Assembly (NCBI GenBank): GCA_977016875.1
Contig: CDRNST010000180.1
Location: forward strand, 1,736,001 to 1,800,000
Source of the DNA: Pavona decussata
Lineage: Eukaryota
Direction of reading: 5' to 3'
Length of the DNA: 64,000 nucleotides
Shown in pieces: positions 53,660 to 64,000 of the stretch. The number at the start of each line of letters is the position of its first letter. The stretch's first letter is position 1. A program made the translations under genes and the position numbers. Below the pieces are notes generated by a model. The model ran no database searches. It had not been told where the DNA came from and worked only from the letters and a program-made list of their open reading frames with translations.

Positions 53660-56245
53660 AGGGACCTGTCATTATTTATCGCCTGGGGGGGATCGAATGA
53701 TTTTGGGCTAAACACGATGAAATTTAGCCGATCCCCCCCTTAAATGTTATTTTATTGAAGCGATCCCCCCTCATAACTATATATAACTTTCGTGACCCCT
53801 CCCCCCACCCCATGTCTTTGTACCCATAATCACCTTTCGACGTGTATATTTAGTGTTTTAAACGTTCATATACAGGTAGTATTTCTAACTATGATGTACT
53901 TACAGCATAATAAAGCCATTATCGCGTAGTATTTTTTTAAACGTGTCTCTTGATCCGTGTCTCTTTCTAGTCTGGATCCAGACATCTGAATTCAGTTGAC
54001 ATACAAGCAATCTTGCTTAAAACTGCAAAGTGCTTGAAACTGCAATCAGTGCTTGAAACTGCAAAGTTACTCTTTTTAGAGTGCCAAATAGCAGTCCGCC
54101 AAGTCCCTATCAGCAGGTTATATTTAGCGACTATTCGGCCATCTGGAAGGGCTAGGATCCGCCACTGTTCCTGTCTCCTTTTTTTTTTCTATAGTGTAAT
54201 AGATCAGCCTTTTGTAGCTTTGCTCACATTTTCATAATTTTTTTTGTTCGTTTTTTTTTATTTTTTTTTTATTTTTGTTTTCCTTTTTTTTTTTCATCCA
54301 GTGTTTACTTGTACAGTAACTTCAGCTATTTGGTCATCTGGTACAAAAGTTAAAACTGGCATACGAACAGTTGACTGTAAATCGAAATCAGCAATGGCAA
54401 GATCATCTTCGCTATCCTCGTCATCATCTAACTCCGTATCTGATTCTTCACTCTCTTCCTCACTGCTGGACAACTCATTCCCGTTGCCTGGACTTCCCTG
54501 TCGATAGTAATGGTAGCGAATTACCTTTATCTTGTCCAGCTTTATACCAACAGTGGTCAGGCCATGTTCCTCAAGGTACAGGTCGAGCTGTCTCACCTTC
54601 AGCTTTTCAACTTTGCCATTCTCAATAAGTATGCCCCACTGGTAGTCCTTGTATGTTGGTTCCTCTTCTAACCTTTTTTTTTTCCTTAGCCTCTCTTGTT
54701 CTAATATCCTTCCTGATGTTGATATCATTTAGATGGCCTACGTTTTCAATGACATGCTTTTCCTCGACACTATAGGTTGCACAGAAAGCAGCGATGGTAT
54801 TTGGATTGTCCGCAGAGATGGCGTTTTGTTCGTACAAGTCCTTCGGACATTTCCTCGGTTGATAATCGTCTGGAGCATGACCTGTTGTCGGCGTTTCGTA
54901 CACATCCATAAAGTGTCCGGGATTTTGCTTGTCTGGCACAGGCTGAGGGATTCTTTCTGTTACTGGTCCCACCCATCAGTTGTTGGTACACCAGAAACAG
55001 AGTGTGGAGCTTGCATCGCTTTGCTTATTGCAGGCATCCCGATAAAATTAAAAAAAGAGCTCCCCTCGGACGTAGTGGTCCTCAATAAAACTCTCTATTT
55101 TACTAAGATATGCCGCACCGGGTATTTCGGCCTTATTGTTTTCTGAAGCATTTCGGTACGTACGTATTTAACTCAGAAGCATTAAAAAAGAATAACTCTT
55201 CGGGAGACTCACTCACTCTACTACTGATGTAATCCTTCAGAACAAGGGCGTCGTCTATCCTTTCGGCAACCTGCTTGCAAACGTGCCAAGCATTTTTTCC
55301 ATACGCTCTTTTTCGTACTGTTCGTAGGAATGGACAAGCGACTCAAGCAGAGGGCACGTCATCTCTTAGGAAACTTGACCTCAATCGAGGTCGCGGGGCA
55401 AATTTTCGGTTCAATCGAAGAGAATGATAGAGTTACTCCTGTAGATAGCATCAATGCTGACTTTGCTAAGAAACTAACAAGGCATTTGCATCTAGACCCT
55501 TTGCTATGGCTAGTACAAAAGGGTAGTTTTAGCACGACCCTAGCAAAAAATCTAGAGCAAGTAGCAGCCATTTTAAGGGCACAAAGTCCAGGGTCACCCT
55601 GCCGAAGGGGACTAAATGTTGTTGTTGAATCGGATGACAAGGCTCAAGAGGCAAATGAAGTTGTTGAATGGGATGATGAGGCTCAAGATGAGGCAGATGA
55701 AGCAGTTGGATCGAATTTAGTATAGAGCTGACACAAGATGCCCAATTCCTGGAGAGGCGATAAATGGTTTATTTTTAAACAAACACGCTTTTTACAATAA
55801 TTCAGTTATCAGAAGTTTATATAGTTCACAATTTAGAATCCACCTGTCATGTTTAAAGATGAATATTAGCTAAGTCATAAAAGTTATAAAAGGAAAAATG
55901 TAGAAGCGTTAAAACAAAGCTTTCTCAATATAAATTGAAATGCTCACATTAGCCAGTGTGACAGACTTCCGTTTTTTAAATAAAGTTGTGTTAGAACAAA
56001 TTGAGATTACAAATGCTACCATCTCCCAACAGAATGGGCACATTTATGTTGTATGCTTTCAAACTGGCATTGTTCAAGCAGATTTGAGTGGTCCCCCCTC
56101 TGAATCCTTCCAAAATTTTCAGTGATCCCCCCTTTTGGGCTCTCAGTTACAACTGATCCCCCCCTCTGTTCTCCTAAAAATCAAGTGATCCCCCCCCCCC
56201 CAAAATCCTCCAACCCCCCCAGGCGATAAATAATGACCGGTCCCT
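53660..56245 (-). mobile_element. 2.6-kb internally deleted DNA transposon with 31-bp TIRs and a broken ORF ending in a SAP-like motif
   Basis: AGGGAC(CT/CG)GTCATTATTTATCGCCTGGGGGG at both ends (30/31 match). Subterminal GATCCCCC repeats. Minus-strand protein relic at ~54294-55350 with stops and frameshifts. Confidence 0.8.
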
Positions 56246-56477
56246 TTATTGCTATTCTCAGCTATTCTCACTATACAGGTAAGTCGTTTAGGTTACAGTT
56301 CAATAAATAAAGAAAGTTTATACATGGCATCTGTTACAGTTATCAGTAATTGCTCTTCATGACTTAACGCAGTCAAACCAACAAATAATTTTTTATTTGG
56401 AAAAAATAATTTTTTACTGGTTTGCAAAGTTCCACATTTACAGTATTTATCTTGTATTAACATAATTGAAGAGATAC

Positions 56478-56740
56478 GGGAGCAGGGATGGCGCAGTGGT
56501 GAGAGCACTCGCCTCCCACCAATGTGGCCCGGGTTCGATTCCCGGACTCGGCGTCGTATGTGGGTTGAGTTTGTTGTTGGTTCTCGTCCCCGCTCCGAGG
56601 GTTTTTCTCCGGGTACTCCGGTTTTCCTCCCTCCACAAAAACCAACATTTCCAAATTCCAATTCGACCTGGAAACAGTGGAGAGAAGAGCCACCCCGTGG
56701 ATTCCACTGAAATTCCTATTTATTTATTTTATTTTTATTT
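56478..56740 (+). mobile_element. tRNA-derived SINE
   Basis: GGATGGCGCAGTGG (A box), GGTTCGATTCC (B box), (ATTT)n tail. Confidence 0.85.
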
Positions 56741-57265
56741 GATATGTGGAATTAGGCCCTAGGTGCATGATTCTTGATCTAATGACAAATTCTCTCTGTC
56801 TCACGAGAAAACACAAGGTAATTTGTAGGGAGAATGTAGTGGTTTATCAGAGGTCATTTGAGGTCTTTTCCCATTGATCCAAGGAACTATTCCACCACAG
56901 TGAATGGTTATTCAATGACGCTTTGTGTAAGTCCGCAAGGGTAAAAGCCATTCTCGTTATTATTCAGAACTAAATTAGCCACTGCGCAATAGCAAATTGC
57001 TATATACACGTAAAGCATTTTTTACCGTATATTGACTGCTATTCATGTGTATAGCAATTGACTGTGAATATAGAAATTTACGCTTCACTTGTGCGTGTCA
57101 GCAGTTTCATAGCTACTGACTGTGTAGCTATGAAACTGAACACTAGCACAAGTGAAGTGTTAATTAAGTATTTAAGTTGTTTGAAACATTTGCATTTAGT
57201 GCATAACTCTTTCCCGCTATGCCCACGTCCAGACACATATACTCTACGGTTTTCTGTACATCCAG

Positions 57266-57529
57266 GGGAGCAGGGATGGCGCAGTGGTGAGAGCACTCGC
57301 CTCCCATCAATGTGACCCGGTTCGATTCCCGAAGTTGACGCCATATCTGGGTTGAGATTGTTGTTGGTTCTCGTCCTTGCTTCGAGGGTTTTTCTCCGGG
57401 TTCTCCGCTTTTCCTCCCTCCACAAAAACCAACATTTCCAAACTCCAATTCGACCCGGAAACAGTGGACAAATAGCCACTCTGTGGATGTGTCACTGAAA
57501 TTCCCATTTATTTCATTTATTTATTTATT
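57266..57529 (+). mobile_element. tRNA-derived SINE with 9-bp TSD
   Basis: Same family as the 56478 copy. TSD TACATCCAG at 57257-57265 and 57530-57538. Confidence 0.9.
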
Positions 57530-58163
57530 TACATCCAGAGAACTCATTATTAAAACAAATTATGGGTAACGTTATTGTGGTTAGAAGAAGAGGGGTGTGG
57601 GGAATTGCTTTTTGACACTCCCAAAATAACAAGTACATTTTAATGCGTTTCCATTGGCTACATCAGATCTCTTTTTTAGATACAACATTTACTTCATGTA
57701 ATCACCTCGAATTAGCCGCAATAGACACACGTACGCATTGCGACGACAACGAATTTAAAAAACGACGGAACTCTTATCCACGTTCAGCTGTTGATATAAA
57801 CTTCCAAAAGTGCTACTTCCGCGACCACAAGAAACATATCAAATGTCGTGAACGGAATTTTATATTAAACTGTGGCAACCCTTGGAAGGTCAAAAAACGT
57901 AAAGCAGAGTTTTATCACGTCAAAAAGAGCACTGACGCTTTCGCAAACGAGTTGAAGCCCGGATGTGCGGGTGGCTGGTTTATTTTTGCGCTCTTGGTGC
58001 AGTCAAGTGGGCACCAATTCTGACGTACGTGACACGGCAGCTAATGGGCTGCGTGCCGGGCGATAGCGATCGACCTACTGCACAATTCCAATAAGACCTC
58101 TTCGTCTTAAAAGAAAACAGATCGGCTTCAAAAGCAAATTAAGTTCACAAAGACAAGTTAATC

Positions 58164-58530
58164 ATGGACAACGACGTTGCAGAAGAAACTCTGACACAAC
58201 CACAATTAAAGAAGAAAACCAAGAGACGAGGAAGGCGATTGACTGGCCTCAGCAAGCAACGAAGGACAGCGAATATGCGGGAACGAAATCGGGTTCATGT
58301 TCTGAACGATTGTATAGATCGATTGCGAGAGCTCATTCCATTGTTTCCGAATGAACGAAAACCTTCGAAGACGGACACTATTCGGTTAGCAGCTCTCTAC
58401 ATTTCCCATCTGACAGATTTGCTGGCTGTGGAGAACACTGACCACCCAGAAATAATGCGTGGAGAAAGTTTGGACGAGGAGATGTCAGTAACTTCATTGG
58501 AGTTTGATCCATTCGATGTGGAGACCGCAG
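58164..58530 (+). CDS. bHLH gene 9, Paraxis-related paralogue, exon 1
   Basis: [63 protein letters not shown]. Candidate donor G|GTATTG at 58531 (phase 1). The unspliced ORF ends at 58571. Confidence 0.92.
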
Positions 58531-58843
58531 GTATTGACATTTCTGTGCAATCAGTTTTTGACGTTAGTTAAGTTGGAAATCAGGAAACGTTGCTGTTTTG
58601 GCAAAGTTTTGACTTGTTTTTCTAACAAATAAGAAGCAAAATCATTCATAAAGTCGGGAACTACAAGTTTAGATTAGTCGCTGAAAATGGGAAAAAAATT
58701 TGTCTAAATGTATGTCTGAAACACTACACCGTTTAAAAGAGACGTCCCACTTTCTCAACGCCTACAGCAATTTAAGCGAAGTAGATAAACATTTTTTGAT
58801 GGGAAGATAATTGCAAATTATTATTCTCCTTGTTTTCCAACAG

Positions 58844-58917
58844 AGCTGGCAGTTTTCTTTTGGAAAGAGGACGACTTAAGTGGCGATACCAGTAATGACC
58901 TCTCAACGGTGTTTTAG
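58844..58917 (+). CDS. bHLH gene 9 predicted exon 2 (ELAVFFWKEDDLSGDTSNDLSTVF*)
   Basis: Strong acceptor TTATTCTCCTTGTTTTCCAACAG| at 58843. Open in phase 1. AATAAA at 59088. Confidence 0.6.
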
Positions 58918-59759
58918 AAACAAGAACCCTAAAGTAGCCGAACCAAGTACGTGAGAATAGAAAGGCCTGGTTGTTCTAAATGTTTCGAGTGCGTGGAATG
59001 AAAACTTCATTGATCCGTGACATAATATCCGTGTTATCGAACAGTCCCTTTATTTTGAACTCGTCACTTTTTGTCAGGCAGTTTATTAATAAACGTTTTC
59101 TCGCAAACTTTGGACGTTAAACTTTCGACTGAAAATCACGGTTTTCTTGAGTTCATTGCAAACAAATTCCTTTCAAATACTTTCAAATAATAGCGTGAAA
59201 ATAGTTGAAGTTATCTTATGTAGGTTAGCGTTAACTGTCGTGGGCTGTTTAAATAGAAGATATCCATCTAAGTCAAACAACTTATCGGTACAAAACACCC
59301 TTTTCGCGTGGGAAGAAAGGCATAAACAACGTTTAAGTAAACTTCGTTGTCTTATGTTAGCAAATATTGCGCACTCGGTCACGAACTTGAGCTTTGCTAC
59401 TCTCAGGTTGGAGGAATGCCTGAAGCGAAATTTAGAAGATAAGTTTTAATCTCTCCAAACCAGCCAAAGTAGGCGTTTCCTCGTAATTGTCTTGACGTCG
59501 ACGAGTTCAAACTGATCACCTAACAACCACGCACGAATTGTCAATGGTTTTGGTTACCTTTTTTTTTTTTTGTATTACAAATACAAAATATTAGTTGAAC
59601 ACATTGGCCGTATTCGAATTAATTTTTATTATTGTTTTTTAACTTAAGTGTTCAATGTGTAAGTAGGGTTTTAGATGTTGCGTCATACCTCTTTATTGAA
59701 CTATAGAAGGAACTCTAAACCTCGTCTTTACAGAGGCTGTCATTGTTGTTTTGTTATAA

Positions 59760-60143
59760 GGGACCTTAAGCAGCGAGGACCACGGCGCCAACGAAAACGT
59801 AAGCAAAAAGTTAAATTCGCGTTCTCTCCGAGCCAACGTGCGATAATTCCAACTACTGGTAATTTAATTTGCGTAATGCGGCCCAACTCTACAGGAGCTG
59901 AATCCGTAAGGGCCCACTAAACTAACTTTTTCAAGTTCAGAAAGAGAAAAGAAGATCGTGTGTTCACGTTCTCCATAAAACCTTGAAATTGGTCATTTCG
60001 CGTTGTCGTTTAGCAGAGGACGACAAAGAGATGTGCTTCAGTATACGTGTATAGCGCAGGTACAAAGCCAATCCTTTGCTAAAACTATCGCGGTTTTTTT
60101 ATGCCGTCCCTTTGCCGCCGTCTTCGTCGCTGCTTAAGGTCCC
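59760..60143. mobile_element. PIF/Harbinger (Tourist-like) MITE
   Basis: Perfect 17-bp TIR GGGACCTTAAGCAGCGA with TAA TSD on both sides. Relatives at ~33450-33700 and ~60867-61265. Confidence 0.9.
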
Positions 60144-63100
60144 TAAATTTTATAGCCGTCTCTGATTCGTGCCTCTTTACTACTAGGAGCGTTCAATATG
60201 TCGTAGAAACCCCTCTGAAGTTAGTTGGATGTCATTAACGGTAGTAAACCTTCCGTGAACATTTCTCTAGAGCTACAATAGCTGGATATAATTAACGATT
60301 GTAAAAATGCTATAAAAATTTGTCAAATTTGTACTTATACGTAATCTTATTGTGTATATCTGTCTCAAGAATTCACCAGAAGTGTTTCAATGTTATAGTG
60401 GTATTCAGTTGATGGAGAATATAGTGTAGAGGTTTGGATCGGAAAGATATTCTTATTTTGTACAGCTTAGACACAGCCATTTTCAAGGCATTCACTGGCA
60501 GAATATTTTTTTTACCTATATATGTACATATAGATTTCTGTTCATAATGAACAACTTATGATCAAGCGTGGTACAATTTAATCGCTGTAGTGGATTTTAA
60601 ATAAACTTACATATTCGAGGTTGTTTTTGTAATTCTTTTACGGGGAAAAGGATTTAATTTTTCGCACGATTTTAAATATGAGTCCTCATAAACATGAAAA
60701 ACGTTTTCTATTAAGTAGAGGATATCCGATTATAGATAGAGATTCCATTCTTTATTGCAACTAGTGCAACGATATGAGTCTCATATGAGAGTTTAAAAGG
60801 ATCCCATGAATGAAAGTATTTTTTACTGTTAATTCATGGTGAAAGCTTGACACCAGGGATCCAATTAGGGGAATGTTAGCTGTCACCATGACTATCACCG
60901 CAACCACCAGAGCCTTGAGTAAGCTAAGGAAAACGGCAACAGCAACGCCGAAAACCTCTCAAAACGTTGACGCCAGTTGTAACAGTCGCTCTACATCACC
61001 GTCATACGTTTTGGTACATTTCAGTCGCCGTCCTCTGGAAAAACGATGTGATACGGCCAGAAGTGGTTTTGTGGATCTCGAGCACAAACGCGCGACTAAC
61101 ACCGGAATATTTCTTTTCTTTCTTGAACTTGAATGTAGCCTTTATGTACTTAGCTCAGCCCAGATGATCATGCATCGTTAAACAAGTTGGAAATATTTCG
61201 AAGACCGTGAAGTTATATTTCAAGAAAAGTAGTTTTGGTTGGCGCTGCCGTGGTGAAAGTTCCCTCATGCATAATGTACCCGTTAAAGCCGTGATTCTAT
61301 TAAGATCCTGCTAAAAGGCACAAATTTAAATTATTGCTAATCAAGCAAGTTTTTGACAGCATTAAGTTGTTAAGGAATGTACTTTTAAACGCCAAGTTGT
61401 CGCCCAAGTCTGACATTGTTTTACCAACTGGCATAGTCACGATTCGACATCTTTGGACCTTTTTCTTTTGGACATAAACCTTCACACAGAAACCATTCGG
61501 ATGTTTTCGGACGATTTTCCTTATCCCTGAAACCAAGTGGAGTAGAGTGAGTCAGCAACAATGGTGACACTGGTAAATGCCCGGTAAATACGATATTTAT
61601 TGCATCATTGTAACTTCGTCGTGCAATAAACACTGAAACACCCTTTCAAACAAAAAAAAAGTTTTCATTTTCAGCGACGGCAGTCATATATGACGACTGG
61701 TTTAGGCTGTAAGTGGAAAACGTGGCCGTGCTATATTTTCGATCGTGTTATCAGTGAGATGTTTCATATTTCATAAAATCTTAATACAAAAAGCTTCCGG
61801 TTCCAAATGTTTTGACATTTAATTGTCAGAATGCCTTGTTTGAATTTGTTGGAACGTTTACAGTATAGTTTTGCTCGGAATTTGAGCGTCCGAAGATTTT
61901 CCAAGGTCAATTGTTCACAGGTGTATTTTCAGTTAGTAAAACTGTGAATTAAATTTTACCTCATATCATTTATGGTCTAAATTATCTGTAGTATTTAATT
62001 TGGTTATTTAGAGATTACGCAATCTAGATTTACAGGTGGATTTGATATTGTAACTATTTTCGCGGTGTAACAAAGTTTTGACCAGTTGTTAACACTTCAA
62101 GTTCACTCGCTGAACTTCTTTCAGGGAAAAGCGGATTAAGGAGTATTCCACAACAAGTACTTGGCAGGCCTTTGTAAGGGTTAAACCAGTTCATTCAATT
62201 CTGAGTAATTTTACAGTGATAATACCTAGTGTCACTGAACAACACTGAGATCTTGCACGTTATCAAATGCCATTTTTTTACAAATGGAAACAATATCGCT
62301 ATGAGATACAACGGTGGTTGCGTTTGTTTCGTGCTTGATAATCTTTATCGGTAGCATGGCACTACATTTGGTTACAAAGATAAGCTACAGGATTAGGCTT
62401 TGCAACGTACATCCGTGATAAACGAACTTTTGGGGGGTTTTGTACCTTTGGGAAGGGATTTTTTAAGTTTATTTTATGGTTTGTGAAGCAAAACACCTGT
62501 GGCTGGCCTGTCTCAATCACTGGGACCGTTTACAAGTTCATTTTGCAGCTTGTCTTGGTATAATCCTGCCACCGTGGTCAAGATGGTAAGGGCAACTCCC
62601 TCCAAACATTGCATGTGGAAATTGAATGACTTCATTCTACTTTTATGTGCTAATGGGACAATATGTCTACACGTTTGATAGGGTTCTCTTCCGCTCCCCC
62701 TGCCCTCCCCCCTCCTTCCCTCCCTCCCTCTCTCCCTCCCTCCCTCCGCTCTGGCCAATCCTTTTCCGTACCTTCAAAACGAGACGTATGTGAATTATGA
62801 TCAACAACAACAAAGTAGTAAATGGAATTGCGTGCAAAACGTAACTGTGTTAAGCTGTGATAAAAGGGTTTATTTTAATCCAAGATTGAACTATGTTTTG
62901 TTTACACTAAAGATTAGAGATGAAGAGGTCCGCAATTGCCCGAGGTCGTTCTAATCAACCTCAACTGTTGGCCTGTTTTAATTAAACCGGTGTAAGCTGA
63001 AACGACTTTGATGTGATATCTTTCCTATCCTCATGCCACTGATTTATATCTCACTGAAATTTCTAACAAAAATATCTCCCTTGAATAACAAGACTGCACG

Positions 63101-64000
63101 AACACGGATTTCGTCGGTTCATTGGGATATCAGCTATTCAGACATAACTGTCCACTGATTTCTGCAGAAGGACTTAACTTGCTCGCTTGGGTTCTCCAAG
63201 ACGATCAGCAGCGCGAAGGGGTAAAATAGACCGAGAGCCTCAGAGAGCAGTTCCTCAAAGCTGTATTGAAGGAAACGAGGAAGTATTAAACCTTGCTGGT
63301 AAAATGTTACTTCCCTTTCTTTGTAGTATTTTAATACGGTATTTATTGAGTCAACTCATTTGAGACGCCTTGACTCAGTTTTAAGGTGAACTCAGTGGCA
63401 TCGGTTGATGATGAAGCTGCTCTTGAACATAGTTTTCTCATAGGATGATGATTTGTAATTAGAAGCTTTTTGCGCCAATTCCGACTTTGGTTGAGTTTAA
63501 GTGCTTGTATTAAAACTCTTTGACTTTTGAGCACGCACTCACTAAAATTACAAAGCCGAGAAACTGAGAGCTTTAATCCGTTAGCCCAAAACCCAAATAT
63601 ATTTTCGAAGTAAAAAGCCTGCTGAATGCTTTTAACGTTGTTACCCTTGCGCAATTTCCTAAGGTTCTCAAGAGGCCGCATGACGAAAAATCTTCCAGCG
63701 TTCTTTAAAGATATATATCACTTAAATCCTTTAATGGTCTAGCTAAAACAGCTGAAACACTTGCAAAAAACATCAACTCTGTTTGAGTAACTCATGATAT
63801 TTTTACTTTATCAAGTAATTTGTGGCTAACCTCATTCTGTGAATAGAATAGACAAACGTTTCATCATTCAAATGTAAGGAATTCTTGTGATACATTTTAG
63901 CCTTCGATGTTTTGCTAAGTGCTATTTGTTTATTGTTGTTTTACTCTTTTCTGTCCCCTTTTATGCTATGATGCACCCATATAGGTTTTCCTTTCGAGGA

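Noticed and set aside
56478-57529. tRNA genes (also 2464, 16545, 46900, 49250)
   Set aside because: A/B boxes are present but the sequences run into shared SINE bodies and tails, one has a TSD, and I could not fold a complete cloverleaf.
18538-59314. Su(H)/CSL-like sites (CGTGGGAA at 18538 and 59307, CGTGAGAA at 58950, TGTGGGAA at 44555) suggesting Notch control
   Set aside because: A handful of such 8-mers is expected by chance in 64 kb, and I saw no paired or promoter-proximal arrangement.
59675-59920. ORF with KQRGPRRQRKRK resembling the cluster's basic N-terminus
   Set aside because: The segment is the TIR and subterminal region of a Harbinger-type MITE. No LTG, ANxRE or HLH follows.
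138-63681. Remaining short ORFs of 60-130 aa in the track
   Set aside because: They have no recognisable domains, mostly non-ATG starts, and many overlap repeats. This is consistent with random ORFs, although small exons of an overlapping gene cannot be excluded without RNA data.

Overview
Eukaryotic, AT-rich, repeat-dense DNA. It is not prokaryotic: GT-AG introns, LINEs, tRNA-derived SINEs and MITEs are present. The repeat spectrum and gene content look anthozoan, most likely a stony coral (inference). The main structure is a ~46-kb tandem array (13.0-58.9 kb) of nine short group-A (Twist-superfamily) bHLH genes in mixed orientation (-,+,-,-,-,+,+,-,+). One is a clear Paraxis/Scleraxis (TCF15/SCX) orthologue at the left end; the other eight are divergent paralogues. 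All nine share an invariant RLTG(V/L)SKQR segment before the basic region. Genes 2 and 4 lie in an inverted duplication whose first exon looks gene-converted. A possible tenth, decayed copy lies near 8.1 kb. The rest is transposon debris: RTE and CR1/L2-type LINE 3' ends, a hAT transposase relic, a 2.6-kb TIR element with a SAP-like transposase remnant, several MITEs, SINEs, a 106-bp satellite and a 36-bp minisatellite. Splice models were read by eye and are predictions.
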